From an uncultured bacterium (GTDB lineage: Bacteria > Margulisbacteria > WOR-1 > CAVSGV01): a DNA stretch of 64,000 nt. The stretch lies in NCBI GenBank assembly GCA_963727815.1, contig CAVSGV010000006.1:170956-234955 (forward strand), read 5' to 3'. The notes beneath the pieces are model-generated. The model saw only the letters and a program-made list of their open reading frames with translations. It searched no databases and was not told the DNA's origin. Positions within the stretch are counted from its first letter, which is position 1; each line of letters begins with the position of its first letter. Both the position numbers and the translations under genes were made by a program. Below, in pieces: positions 18,200 through 28,668 of the stretch.

Positions 18200-20416
18200 C
18201 TAAGTTATCGGCTCTTCAAATCCGCAGGCTTCGTTCGTGCAGGCTTTTTTGGCCTCGCTCTTCGTCCTCTTCTCCACCATTATGCTGCCGCACTTGGGGC
18301 ATTTCTCGGCGAGAGGCTTGTTCCACAGAGCGTATTCACACTTGGGATAATTGCTGCAGCTGTAGAATATCTTGCCCCTCTTCGATTTTCTCTCCACCAG
18401 GTCGCCGCCGCACTTCGGGCATTTTATTCCCGTCGGCTTCAGCACCGGCTTTATGTTCTTGCACTCGGGATATCCGGAACACGCCAGGAACGACCCGAAC
18501 CGGCTCCTTTTCATCACCATGGGTTTGCCGCATTTCTCGCAGACTTCCTTCACTTCCTCGGCTTCCTTGCTTCCCGGGAGCGGCTTAGTGTTCCTGCACT
18601 TTGGATAGCCGGAGCAGGCCAGGAAATCCCCGAAACGTCCGGTGCGTATCATCATCGGCTTGCCGCATTTTTCGCAAACCTGGTCGGTCATGACCTCTTT
18701 CTTTATCTTTTCCATTTCCGTTTCCGCTTTCTTGAGCGATTCCTCGAACGGCCCGTAGAACTGCTTCAGGACCGTCACGCGGTCCGTCTTGCCTTCCAGT
18801 ATGCTGTCCAGGTCGTCCTCCATTTTCGCGGTGAATTCGATGTCCAGGATCACCGGGAAATGCTTGATGAGCTGCTCGTTGACCGTTTCTCCCAGCGTCG
18901 TCGGCTTCAGCGCCTTGCCTTCCTTTTCGACATATCCCCTGTCCTGTATCGTCCCGATGATGGGCGAATATGTCGACGGCCTCCCGATGCCTTTGGCTTC
19001 CAGCTCTTTCACGAGCGATGCCTCGGTGTATCTGGGCGGCGGCTGCGTAAAGTGCTGTTCCGGCTTGATGCCCAACACGTTCAGTTTCTGGTTCTCGGAA
19101 AGTTCCGGGAGCATTCCTTCCTTGTCTTCATCACTTTCTTCATCCTTGCCTTCCATGTAGACCGCCATGAACCCGTCGAACTTGATGACCGATCCGTTGG
19201 CGCGGAAAAGATTATCTCCGGCGGTGATGTCGACGGCGGTCTGGTCCAGCACCGCGGATTCCATCTGCGACGCCATGAACCGGTTCCATATCAGAGTATA
19301 AAGTTTCAGCTGGTCGCCCTCAAGGTCGCCCGCCACCTGCGACGGCTTCCTTGATATCATTGTCGGCCTAATGGCCTCATGCGCGTCCTGAGCTTCCTTC
19401 TTCATCTTGTAGACCCTGGGCTCCTTTGGAACATAATTGGCGCCGTATTCCTTTTCGATGACGACCTTCGCCTCGTCCTGCGCTTCTTTCGCGATCCTCG
19501 TAGAATCCGTTCTCATGTATGTGATGAGACCGACAGCGGCGCCCTCGTCCTTCAGCTCGATGCCTTCGTAAAGCTGCTGCGCGAGGACCATAGTCTTTTT
19601 CGTGGAAAAACCGAGTTTCCTGTACGATTCCTGTTGCAGAGTGGACGTGATGAAAGGAGCCGAGGGATTCCTTCTTTGTTCTTTTTTCTGGATCTTCGTG
19701 ATGATGAAATCTTTGCCGTTGAGGTCGCTTAATATTTTATCGGCGGCTTCTTTGTTCGATATGACGATCTTCTCTCCCGCTTTCGAGAAAAGATTGGCGG
19801 AGAACTTTTTTTCCTCGCCGTCGCCGGAAAGGTCGGCCGTTATTGACCAGTACTCGACGGCAATGAACTTGCGGATGGAATCCTCTCTTTCGCATATCAG
19901 CCTGACGGCAACGGACTGCACTCTGCCCGCGGACAAGCCTTTCCTTATTTTTTTCCAGAGGAGAGGCGAAAGCTTATAGCCCACTATCCTGTCGAGTATC
20001 CTTCTTGCCTGCTGGGCGTCAACGCGGTTCATATCGATGTCGCGTGGATGTTGAATGGCGTTGAGGACGGCGGTCTTCGTTATCTCGTTGAACTCGACGC
20101 GCTTCACTTTTTCCCCATCGCCTATGACGGTGGCAAGATGCCACGCAATGGCTTCCCCTTCCCTGTCAGGGTCGGGAGCAAGGTAGACCATCTTTGCTTT
20201 TTTCGCGGCGGAGACAAGGGCCTTCACGATCTTTTCCTTGCCTTTTATTATCTGGTACTTGGGCTCGAAGTTATCCTCAATGTTTATCCCTATGGATTTT
20301 TTCGGCAGGTCGCGCACGTGGCCGCCCGATGCTTCCACGTGAAAATCCTTCCCGAGGAACTTCTCGAGGGTCTTGGCCTTCGCGGGCGATTCGACTATGA
20401 CAAGATTTTTATACAT
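18200..20416 (-). CDS. topA: DNA topoisomerase I with four C-terminal zinc-ribbon repeats
   Basis: TOPRIM N-terminus (LVIVESPAKAKT), active-site region, and CEKCGKPM / CxxC repeats. Confidence 0.95.
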   Translation of the reverse strand: MYKNLVIVESPAKAKTLEKFLGKDFHVEASGGHVRDLPKKSIGINIEDNFEPKYQIIKGKEKIVKALVSAAKKAKMVYLAPDPDREGEAIAWHLATVIGDGEKVKRVEFNEITKTAVLNAIQHPRDIDMNRVDAQQARRILDRIVGYKLSPLLWKKIRKGLSAGRVQSVAVRLICEREDSIRKFIAVEYWSITADLSGDGEEKKFSANLFSKAGEKIVISNKEAADKILSDLNGKDFIITKIQKKEQRRNPSAPFITSTLQQESYRKLGFSTKKTMVLAQQLYEGIELKDEGAAVGLITYMRTDSTRIAKEAQDEAKVVIEKEYGANYVPKEPRVYKMKKEAQDAHEAIRPTMISRKPSQVAGDLEGDQLKLYTLIWNRFMASQMESAVLDQTAVDITAGDNLFRANGSVIKFDGFMAVYMEGKDEESDEDKEGMLPELSENQKLNVLGIKPEQHFTQPPPRYTEASLVKELEAKGIGRPSTYSPIIGTIQDRGYVEKEGKALKPTTLGETVNEQLIKHFPVILDIEFTAKMEDDLDSILEGKTDRVTVLKQFYGPFEESLKKAETEMEKIKKEVMTDQVCEKCGKPMMIRTGRFGDFLACSGYPKCRNTKPLPGSKEAEEVKEVCEKCGKPMVMKRSRFGSFLACSGYPECKNIKPVLKPTGIKCPKCGGDLVERKSKRGKIFYSCSNYPKCEYALWNKPLAEKCPKCGSIMVEKRTKSEAKKACTNEACGFEEPIT

Positions 20417-20467
20417 AAAAAACTTTCACGAGTGTAGCAGAAGAACGGAAGTAATGTCAAATAATGA

Positions 20468-22178
20468 TTATCTTCCGACCATCTTTGCGAGCTGCTCTTT
20501 CGATATCCTGACCATCGTGGGCCGTCCGTGGGGGCATGTTGTCGGGTTGGATGTTGTCTTGAGCTCCCTGATCAAACCTTCCATTTCAGCCATCGATAAT
20601 TGATCGCCGGCCTTCACCGCCGCCTTGCACGCCATCATCTTCCACATAGATTCCCGTCGTTCATCAACGCTTTTGATCTTGAACGATTCGCTGAGTTCTG
20701 AGAGCGTTTCTTTTACGGCTTCGTCGATGTTCTTCATCGTGAGGACCGCCGGCACTCCCCGGACCATTATCGTGTTCTTCCCGAAGTTCTCGATAATGAA
20801 ACCGAGTTCCGACAATTCATCAAGATGTCCAGTTATTGATGCGAATACCGCCGGTTCAAGCTCGATGGTCTTCGGCACCAGCATGTCCTGGGTACTGGTG
20901 ACCACCTTGTTCTTGATCTTCTCGTACATGATCCTCTCGTGCGCCGCGTGCTGGTCGATGATGAGCAGTTCATCCCCGTCCGAGCATATAATATATGTAA
21001 GAAGATGCTGGAAGACCTCACCCCTTTCTTCGCCTCCGGCGAATTCATTCCCCTCTCCATGGAATGGAGAGGGGTGGCCGAAGGCCGGGGTGAGGTCTTG
21101 GATTTGTATTTTCTCCGGCCTCCATTGATCCTCCGCCACTCTCCAATTCCCTGAATATCCCGGAGCCTGGGTTTCCGCACCTATCCCAGAAAGCGACTTC
21201 GATACGGCAGCTGACACGGCTTTGATAACGACATCCGCCTTCGCGAACTTGATCTCTCTTTTGGTCGGGTGGACGTTGACATCGACCTCGGCCGGGTCGA
21301 TGTCGATGAAAAGGACCGCCACGGGATATTTTCCGTTGGGGATCAACGTTCTGTACGGTTCTTCGAGCGCCTTCGACACAAGCATGTTCCTGACTGACCG
21401 TCCATTGACGAATATCGATTCTCCGTTCCTGTCGGATTTCGTTATGACCGGCTGGGTCGTATATCCATGTACATTAATGGTTTCACTTCGGATTTCGGAT
21501 TTCGGATTTCGGATTTCAAGCATCGCGCGTCGCCATATCTTTTCCGTATATCGAAGCGATCGCGTCAAGCAGGCTGCCCGATCCTATGGATGACAATATT
21601 TCTTCTCCGTCGCTTTTCAGCTTGAAAGAGATCGACGGGTTGGAAAGTATGAACTTCGAGACTATGTCCGTGATGTGCGAGAGTTCCGTATACTTGCTTT
21701 TCTGGAATTTCAGCCGTGCGGGTGTGTTGAAGAAAAGGTCCTCGACGGTGATGGATGTTCCCTTGTTGCCGCCGGATGTTTCCACGGACTTGATCTTTCC
21801 GCCGTTGATGGTGAGGCGCGTGCCGCCCGACCCGTCATTCGTGGTGAGCTCGAATTTTGAGACGCTGGCTATGCTGGGGAGAGCTTCGCCCCTGAAGCCG
21901 AGAGTGCGGATATTGAAGAGGTCGTCGGCGGACCGGATCTTGCTGGTGGAGTGGCGCTCCACGGATATCTTGGCTTCTTCCCTGCTCATTCCCATGCCGT
22001 CATCGGAAACGAGTATCAGCTTTTTCCCGCCGTCCTTTATCTCGACAGATATTTTTTTAGCCCCGGCATCGATCGAGTTCTCGACGAGCTCTTTCACAAC
22101 GGATGCGGGACGCTCTACCACTTCTCCTGCGGCGATCTTCGAGACGAGGACGTCGTCAAGGATTATTATCCTGCTCAT
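20468..22178 (-). pseudogene. mutL: DNA mismatch repair protein MutL, split into a 21516-22178 (ATPase) ORF and a 20468-21568 (C-terminal) ORF by a 1-nt frameshift next to a 7-bp tandem repeat
   Basis: The N-fragment has ILDDVLVSKIAAGEVVERPASVVKELVENSIDAG. The C-fragment has ...VNGRSVRN...YPVAVLFIDIDPAEVDVNVHPTKREIKF...CPHGRPT. Removing one T of the TT at 21518-21519 restores a single frame: ...DMATRDAEIRNPKSEIRSETINVHGY.... Confidence 0.8.
21487..21517. repeat. heptanucleotide tandem repeat (TTCGGAT)x4.4 inside mutL
   Basis: cacTTCGGATTTCGGATTTCGGATTTCGGATttcaag encodes EIRNPKSEIRSE in the mutL linker. The unit length is not a multiple of 3. Confidence 0.85.
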
Positions 22179-23482
22179 GACTCCTTTATCAGCGGGGCCT
22201 TTGAAAGGCTGTTGATGAGGGAAGTGAATGTCGGGAAAGAAGTCTCGACGCATTCCGTTTTTTCAACGATGGTCTGGCCGGAGGCGGCAAGCCCTGCCAC
22301 CGCCGATATCATCGCTATCCTGTGGTCGCCGTAGCTCTGGCAGATGGAACCTTTCAGTTTTGACGGCCCGTAAATGACGAAGCCGTCGCGCGATTCTTCT
22401 ATGTTCGCGCCCAGCCGCTTAAGCTCATGGACCGTGGTCTTTATCCTGTCGCTTTCCTTCACTCTTAATTCTTCTGCGCCCTTGATGATGGTCTTGCCTT
22501 TCGCCTGGGTCGCGGCAACGGCGATTATCGGTATCTCATCGATTATCCGCGGGATTATCGAGCCTGACAGTTCTATCGCGTTTAGCTGAGAATAGTTCAC
22601 GGTAATGTCGGCGACGGGCTCTCCTGACATCATCCTTTCATCCATGACCTCGATATCGGCTCCCATCCTGTGAAGCACGTCGATGATGCCAGTTCTTCCC
22701 GGATTAACGCCGACGTCCCTTATCATTATCTTCGAGCCCGGAACTATCGCCGCCGCAACCATCGGGAAGGCCGCGCTCGAAATGTCGCCCGGGACGAACA
22801 CGCTCTGGCCTTTAAGCTCCTGCCTGCCCTCGATCGATATTTTCATTCCGTCCGTTCTGATCTTCGCGCCGAAATATTCAAGCATCCTTTCGGTATGGTC
22901 CCTTGTGGGCTCTTTTTCGATGATGGTCGTTGTTCCGCTGGCGTACAGGCCGGCGAGAAGTATGGCGGATTTCACCTGCGCGCTCGCTATCGGCATTTCA
23001 TAAGTGATGCCTTTTATGTCCCTGCCGATGACCGTCAGCGGCGCCAGCGAGTCTCTTTGTCGTCCGTGAATGACCGCTCCCATTTTCTTGAGCGGCTCGA
23101 TGACGCGTCCCATCGGTCTTCTGCGGATGAACTCGTCGCCCGTGAGAGTGGAATGGAATTTCTGGCCGGCGAGAATGCCGACGATGAGCCTTATGGTGGT
23201 CCCGGAATTGCCCACGTCGAAAACATCCGTCGGTTCATGCAGTCCGGCCAGGCCTTTTCCTTTTACGGTGACGGTGCCGTCCCCGAAGATAATTTCAATG
23301 CCCATTTTCCTGAAGCATTCAACGGTGCTCATGCAGTCCGCGGAGTGAAGGAAATTCTCGATGGTGGTGTCGCCTTTGGCGATGGAGCCCAGCATTATCG
23401 CCCTGTGAGAGATGGATTTGTCCCCGGGGACCTTTATTTCCCCATTAAGGTCTTTGGCCTGGTTGACGGTATATTTCTTCAT
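22175..23482 (-). CDS. aroA: 3-phosphoshikimate 1-carboxyvinyltransferase
   Basis: EPSP synthase motifs (LGNSGTTIRL, RPMGRV), 435 aa. Confidence 0.95.
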   Translation of the reverse strand: MKKYTVNQAKDLNGEIKVPGDKSISHRAIMLGSIAKGDTTIENFLHSADCMSTVECFRKMGIEIIFGDGTVTVKGKGLAGLHEPTDVFDVGNSGTTIRLIVGILAGQKFHSTLTGDEFIRRRPMGRVIEPLKKMGAVIHGRQRDSLAPLTVIGRDIKGITYEMPIASAQVKSAILLAGLYASGTTTIIEKEPTRDHTERMLEYFGAKIRTDGMKISIEGRQELKGQSVFVPGDISSAAFPMVAAAIVPGSKIMIRDVGVNPGRTGIIDVLHRMGADIEVMDERMMSGEPVADITVNYSQLNAIELSGSIIPRIIDEIPIIAVAATQAKGKTIIKGAEELRVKESDRIKTTVHELKRLGANIEESRDGFVIYGPSKLKGSICQSYGDHRIAMISAVAGLAASGQTIVEKTECVETSFPTFTSLINSLSKAPLIKES

Positions 23483-24333
23483 TTATAGATCGAATCCCTG
23501 AAATCCTTTGCCTCCGACAGTTTGTTCCTTATTCTGTCGGGGTCGCCCTGCCTGACCAGCTTTTCGATCTCGGCAAGAGCCTTCTTGAAATTCTTTAGCG
23601 CGGAAAGGACCGCGGACCTGTTCGTGGTGAACATGTCCGAGCCGAGCTGGGGATCTCCCGAAGCTATTCTTGTGGTATCGCGGAAACCCGAAGCCGCGAG
23701 ATCCTTCATGTCATCGGACAGTTTCCCCGCGCCGGAAACGCTTTCGATGAGAGCAGCCGCCACTGCCACCGGCATGTGGCTTATCCCGGCGACTATCTCG
23801 TCGTGCGACTCGGGGTCCAATATCACCGGTTTCGCGCCGATCTTTGTCACAAGGCTTTTCAGAGTGCTCAGCGCTTTCGGGTCGGTCTTCGGTGTCTTGG
23901 TCAAAATGTATTTATTTCCTTTGAAGAGGTCGGCATCGGCAACATCGATCCCCGTCAATTCCTTGCCGGCCATGGGATGCCCACCGACGAAGAAAACCCC
24001 TCTCGGCATGAGCCTCTCGGCGTGTTTCACGATGAATCCCTTTGTGCTGCCCACGTCCGTTACGATGGTGCCGGGTTTGAGGAACTGTCTTATCTTCTGT
24101 ATCTCCGGGATTATCAGGTATATGGGATAGCAGATGAATATGATGTCAGCATCCTGTATCAACCCTTTGATGTTGGTGGAAGCATAATCAACCGCTTTCA
24201 TTTTCACGGCGAGCGCCGCTTTTTCTTTGTCACGCGTCAGGCCGATGACCCTGCCGAGTTTTTTCTTTCTTATGGCCATTCCCAGCGACCCGCCGATGAG
24301 CCCGAGTTCTACGATGGTGATTTTTGGTGTCAT
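23479..24333 (-). CDS. tyrA: prephenate/arogenate dehydrogenase
   Basis: IVELGLIGGSLG Rossmann fold and GGHPMAGKE. Confidence 0.9.
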   Translation of the reverse strand: MTPKITIVELGLIGGSLGMAIRKKKLGRVIGLTRDKEKAALAVKMKAVDYASTNIKGLIQDADIIFICYPIYLIIPEIQKIRQFLKPGTIVTDVGSTKGFIVKHAERLMPRGVFFVGGHPMAGKELTGIDVADADLFKGNKYILTKTPKTDPKALSTLKSLVTKIGAKPVILDPESHDEIVAGISHMPVAVAAALIESVSGAGKLSDDMKDLAASGFRDTTRIASGDPQLGSDMFTTNRSAVLSALKNFKKALAEIEKLVRQGDPDRIRNKLSEAKDFRDSIYK

Positions 24334-24422
24334 GGGGTTATTCTAGGGGATAGTTAAATGATAGTAAACTACCTATTTTGGCAAAGAACCCTTATGGATG
24401 ACAGCAGCCGACCTGCGCTTAT

Positions 24423-25820
24423 TTACCGCTTTTCCCCTTTTTTGTTTTGGTTTTTCCTTTTTTTCAGTTCCTCTCTCATCCAATCGGAGAGCGCCGCTAT
24501 ATTCAGATCTTTAAGTCTGCTGCCTTTCTGACTGATCTGTTCAAGGATCTTTTCCTGCTTGGAAGCGGCATTTCCTTGCACGACCTGAAGATGCTTTAGA
24601 AGATGATCCACCGCTTCCACCGCATCGCTTTCACAATATTCCTGATGATCTTTCCCATCGGTGAATCTGGAACCCGTTTGATAACCTGGCAGCCAGTCTA
24701 TAGCCGGCCTTGAACTGGGTATTTCTTTCGGCGGTTCATCGATAATTGTTTCAGATTTTGAAGTTGCTGTGAGTATGGCGTTGGCAACGGCTTCTGCGGG
24801 AGACTTGGCTTCGTTAATGATCTCATTTGCTATACCTTTTACTGGAGTTTCAGAGATCGCAGTAATTTGGTTCGGGCTTAAATAGCCGACTTTTTTTATT
24901 AGTTTGGTTTCGCCCTTTGTATATCCTTTCCTGGAGCATAATATATCCAAAGTAAGATCGTTAGATCGTTCATTGAGCATTCCTAGTCTCGCACCGCTGA
25001 AAACCGGCTGGGTAATGACCATCATAAGGCTTTCATCGCTGACAAGCGGATTTTGTATCAATTTTTCTCTAATTTCCCAGCATATGGATGGGTTCGTAAC
25101 AATTTGATTTATCTCTCCTTTATCCAGATCTTTCTTGGCGGACATAAAAAAATCATTCTTTCTAAGGTCCAATAATATTTTGAATGCGAAGTGCGCTATT
25201 TTCTGGTTATCGGTCCGATAAGTCAGAAGGAACTTCAACATTTCTCTGTAATTGAGGCTGTTGGACGGTTTTAAATGCGGATGTTTTTTGTAGGCATATT
25301 CTCCTCTTAAATATTTTATGATGTGAGGCTGCGCCATTGAATCTTGAAGCTGGGTCTTGGACAACAACTCATTGACCACATTAGGATGTATCTTATCGAA
25401 AATCACCGACAATGCATTGTTGTATTTCTTTTGATCCTTTAAAGCTAGAGGCATTAATTCACGATCAACCCTATTAATTAACACTTTAACCATGACCTGT
25501 TGTATGTATGAGGAAAAGGTATCTTCGTTCGAAAGACAAGAAAGGTTTCTCGTGTCACGATAATATTTCCACGATATTTCAGCGAGTCTCTCAAGTTTAG
25601 TTTTGGGATTTTGAACTTCATTGAACAATTTAACGAATTTCTTTTCCTCATACATTGGATCTATTTGATCTTTCGGATTTATCTGGGCGGAAGAGTTTAA
25701 GCTAGCGCTTTCCCCTTCTCCAAGAATATCTTCAGGCTTTCTCCCCCACAAGAAACATACAGACGGATTCCTTAATTGGGCTGGAAGAGACATATCAGTT
25801 TTTGCATCTAAACCTGGCAT
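24423..25820 (-). CDS. hypothetical protein, 465 aa, low-GC orphan
   Basis: Long clean ORF in roughly 35 % GC DNA. It is Lys/Asn/Gln-rich with no signal peptide, TM segment or recognisable domain. Confidence 0.55.
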   Translation of the reverse strand: MPGLDAKTDMSLPAQLRNPSVCFLWGRKPEDILGEGESASLNSSAQINPKDQIDPMYEEKKFVKLFNEVQNPKTKLERLAEISWKYYRDTRNLSCLSNEDTFSSYIQQVMVKVLINRVDRELMPLALKDQKKYNNALSVIFDKIHPNVVNELLSKTQLQDSMAQPHIIKYLRGEYAYKKHPHLKPSNSLNYREMLKFLLTYRTDNQKIAHFAFKILLDLRKNDFFMSAKKDLDKGEINQIVTNPSICWEIREKLIQNPLVSDESLMMVITQPVFSGARLGMLNERSNDLTLDILCSRKGYTKGETKLIKKVGYLSPNQITAISETPVKGIANEIINEAKSPAEAVANAILTATSKSETIIDEPPKEIPSSRPAIDWLPGYQTGSRFTDGKDHQEYCESDAVEAVDHLLKHLQVVQGNAASKQEKILEQISQKGSRLKDLNIAALSDWMREELKKRKNQNKKGEKR

Positions 25821-25934
25821 AATGATCCCTCCTGAACATACTAATTATTAACAGTATTTCTTCGTTAAATATCATGAGGAATTTCAGTTTTTGAAAAAAC
25901 TATAGAGGGTGTTTTTGGCGACTGTTAAGGCTTT

Positions 25935-26479
25935 TTAGGTTCCCAGCACCATGTACCACACTCCGGAGCCAACAAGATGGCCGGTTTCGATCTCGGACAT
26001 TACAAGTTTCTTGATATCACCTTTTTTCGCGAGGACTACCTCAATCTGCTCGTCCGGCTCCAGTTCCTGCACAGGCTTTTTGTTGCGGGATCTTTCTCGT
26101 CGATAAGGACGGATGCGATAAAAACCTCATCATCAATTACAGCAGCGCCCGATTTGAAACACGGACTTAGCTCAACCGATGTCCCGGTATAACCTGTTTC
26201 CTCTTTCAGCTCCCTCAGCGCCTCTTTCTTGATATCATCGCCGTCCGAAATGCCCGCCGGAAAACCCAGGACGTGGTTGTTCACTGCAGCGCGGAACTGG
26301 CGTATCAGAACGTATCTTTCAGATGGCATAAGTTTCGCGATTATAGAGATGACAGCTCTCTTGTTCTTGCGGACAACGCTTTCCCATTTCACTTCCTTGC
26401 CGTCGTCGTTGAGGAAAACGGATTCCTTTAGTGAGAGGAAATTCCCTTCGCCAATTATCCTTTCGCTGACTTTCTTCAT
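25935..26479 (-). CDS. NUDIX hydrolase (ADP-ribose pyrophosphatase-like), interrupted by 1-nt frameshift at an A5 run near 26060
   Basis: The Nudix box GFPAGISDGDDIKKEALRELKEETG is present. After the A-run a different frame continues with PVQELEPDEQIEVVLAKKGDIKKLVMSEIETGHLVGSGVWYMVLGT, a typical Nudix C-terminus. Confidence 0.75.
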
Positions 26480-26513
26480 TCGCTACTCTCGATCATCTCT
26501 CGTCTCGCATTTC

Positions 26514-27125
26514 TCATCTCCTGTGTTTCTTCACATGCCTGTATATATAATATGTAAGCAGCCCGATCAAGACAAGCAGGACGAGAACATCGACGAACTT
26601 GCTGTATTTCATGACCGTCTCCCAGTTGCTCCTCAGGTAGAATCCGCTGATGCAAAGGAAACTGTTCCACATCGCGGCGCCTATCGCGGTGAACAGAACG
26701 AATTTGTAGATGTTCATTTCGGCGAATCCGGCAGGGATGGATATCAAATGCCTGATGACGGGAATGAAACGGCTGATGAATATGGTGATGTCGCCGTATT
26801 TCCTAAAGAACCTGTGGGTCGCGTCCAGCTCTTCCTTATCAAGGAGAAGATAACCGCCGTATTTGTGGATCAAACCTTCCTCGACGTAATATCCGATCGC
26901 ATAAGAGATGAGCGAACCCGTGATGCTGCCCAGCGTGCTGATGAGTATCACAAGCGGCAGAGCGAACTTTCCCTCGGCGACCAGGAATCCGGCGAAAGGC
27001 ATTACGGCTTCACTGGGAACGGGCAGAACCATGCTCTCCATGACCATCGTGACAAAGACGGTGATGTAACCCGTGCTTTCCATGAACCGGGTGACGTATG
27101 TGGCAAGAAATTCAGTTATTCCCAA
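26514..27125 (-). CDS. DedA/SNARE-associated family membrane protein
   Basis: 203 aa with DedA motifs (RFIPVIRHLISIPAG). Confidence 0.85.
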   Translation of the reverse strand: MGITEFLATYVTRFMESTGYITVFVTMVMESMVLPVPSEAVMPFAGFLVAEGKFALPLVILISTLGSITGSLISYAIGYYVEEGLIHKYGGYLLLDKEELDATHRFFRKYGDITIFISRFIPVIRHLISIPAGFAEMNIYKFVLFTAIGAAMWNSFLCISGFYLRSNWETVMKYSKFVDVLVLLVLIGLLTYYIYRHVKKHRR

Positions 27126-27146
27126 ATTATGTTCCGTCCGATCTTT

Positions 27147-27653
27147 TCAATAATGGATGTAAACGTTCACGACCGCGTTAGGTGCGTTGAGGAGGAATTT
27201 GGAATCGGTGTAGCCGCCCGGTCCCCAGAATCCGGCGGTATTGTTGGATGTGCCGTAACCTTCCGCGGGAAGGAAAAGCCAGTTCCTGTCGAATTCGGCG
27301 TTCGAGTTCTCGTCGTGGAAAGCCGAAATGGCGTATTCGCCCGTCGGGACATCTGTGAAGATGACCGATGCGGATGCGTTGTTGATGGAAGCCGTTCTTA
27401 CCATGACCGCGTATTTCGCGTTGAACGGAAAACCTTTGTCAGACCTGAACAACGCGACCTGCGCCCTGCCTTTTTCATTCCGGAATCCGACCATGTTCAC
27501 GGATATCGTCCCGTGCGTGACGACCGCTGGCTGAATGACATAGCCCGCGGGAAAGGGTTTCAAGGTTTTAGAAATCATTGGATCCCCCAGCGCGGCGGAG
27601 ACGCAGGCAAGGCAAAAGAGCGCGAATAAAGTGATGCGAAATGTTTTGTTCAT
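27147..27653 (-). CDS. DUF2141 domain secreted protein
   Basis: Signal peptide and ALF...FHDENSNAEFDRN...EGYGTSNN motifs. Confidence 0.7.
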   Translation of the reverse strand: MNKTFRITLFALFCLACVSAALGDPMISKTLKPFPAGYVIQPAVVTHGTISVNMVGFRNEKGRAQVALFRSDKGFPFNAKYAVMVRTASINNASASVIFTDVPTGEYAISAFHDENSNAEFDRNWLFLPAEGYGTSNNTAGFWGPGGYTDSKFLLNAPNAVVNVYIHY

Positions 27654-27699
27654 GGTTATATTCTTTGACTTATTATATCAAGAAAAGTAAGATAAAGTC

Positions 27700-28668
27700 A
27701 TGGAAAATGTCTGGCAGGAGCTGGAACACAACAACATCTTCAATTCTGTCGAGAAGACGCTCGGCGCGAAGCTCAACAGCCTTCTGATACAACGGAACAG
27801 TTACATCAACCGGGTTTATGAACTTGAACGGTCGGATAACAAAGAAAGGCTGATCGTAAAATTCTATCGTCCGGGCAGATGGACGAAAGAGCAAATACTC
27901 GAGGAGCACGCCTTCCTGGCAGAGCTGGCCGACAAAGATATCCCCGTGATAAAACCTATGACCATCGGCAACCAGACATTGTTCTCCCTGTTTTCAATTT
28001 TCTATTCTTTATTCCCTAAAATGGGAGGCCGCTCCGTTGACGAGTTCGACAAGGACGCATGGCTCAACATTGGCAGGCATCTCGCAAGGATCCACATGAT
28101 AGGCTCGTCTCACAAGACATCAAAGAGAATAACATGGAGGCCAGGCATCGCGACAAAGCATCATCTGGAAGTCCTTCTCTCGTCGGGTTTGATGCCGCCG
28201 GATTTCAAAAAGAGCATGCAAAATACGGCGGAACTTTTCATCAAAAAGTCTGACGGTCTTTTCAAGGGTTCTGATATGCTTCTCATCCACGGCGACTGCC
28301 ACAAAGGAAATTTAATATCCCGGCCCGGCGAAGGAATATGGCTTATCGATTTTGATGACATGTGTCTGGGCCCCGCGGTCCAGGACGTGTGGATGCTCCT
28401 GCCGGGAAGCATCGATGAAAGCAAGGCGGAGCTCGCTTGGTTCCTTGAGGGTTACGAGACGTTCAGGAATTTCGATGTCGCGTCACTCGAGCTGATACCG
28501 GCGTTAAGGGGAATGAGATTGGTACATTATGCTTCGTGGCTCGCTGTGCAGGAACACGACCCGCATTTTGACAAACACTTCCCGGAGGCCAGGACGCCCA
28601 GGTATTGGAACGAGCTGATAAAGGAGCTTCAGGGCATAGTTTACGCGGACAGCGAGGAAATATCGTAA
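27700..28668 (+). CDS. srkA: stress response kinase A / YihE-RdoA family Ser/Thr kinase (APH fold)
   Basis: [12 protein letters not shown] catalytic loop and WLIDFDD. Confidence 0.8.
   Translation: MENVWQELEHNNIFNSVEKTLGAKLNSLLIQRNSYINRVYELERSDNKERLIVKFYRPGRWTKEQILEEHAFLAELADKDIPVIKPMTIGNQTLFSLFSIFYSLFPKMGGRSVDEFDKDAWLNIGRHLARIHMIGSSHKTSKRITWRPGIATKHHLEVLLSSGLMPPDFKKSMQNTAELFIKKSDGLFKGSDMLLIHGDCHKGNLISRPGEGIWLIDFDDMCLGPAVQDVWMLLPGSIDESKAELAWFLEGYETFRNFDVASLELIPALRGMRLVHYASWLAVQEHDPHFDKHFPEARTPRYWNELIKELQGIVYADSEEIS

Noticed and set aside
18191-19354. 387-aa ORF antisense within topA, and similar shadow ORFs at 26229-27629, 35421-36212 and 42008-42661
   Set aside because: All overlap conserved genes on the opposite strand or in another frame. 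Their composition is typical of GC-rich antisense frames, with no motifs.
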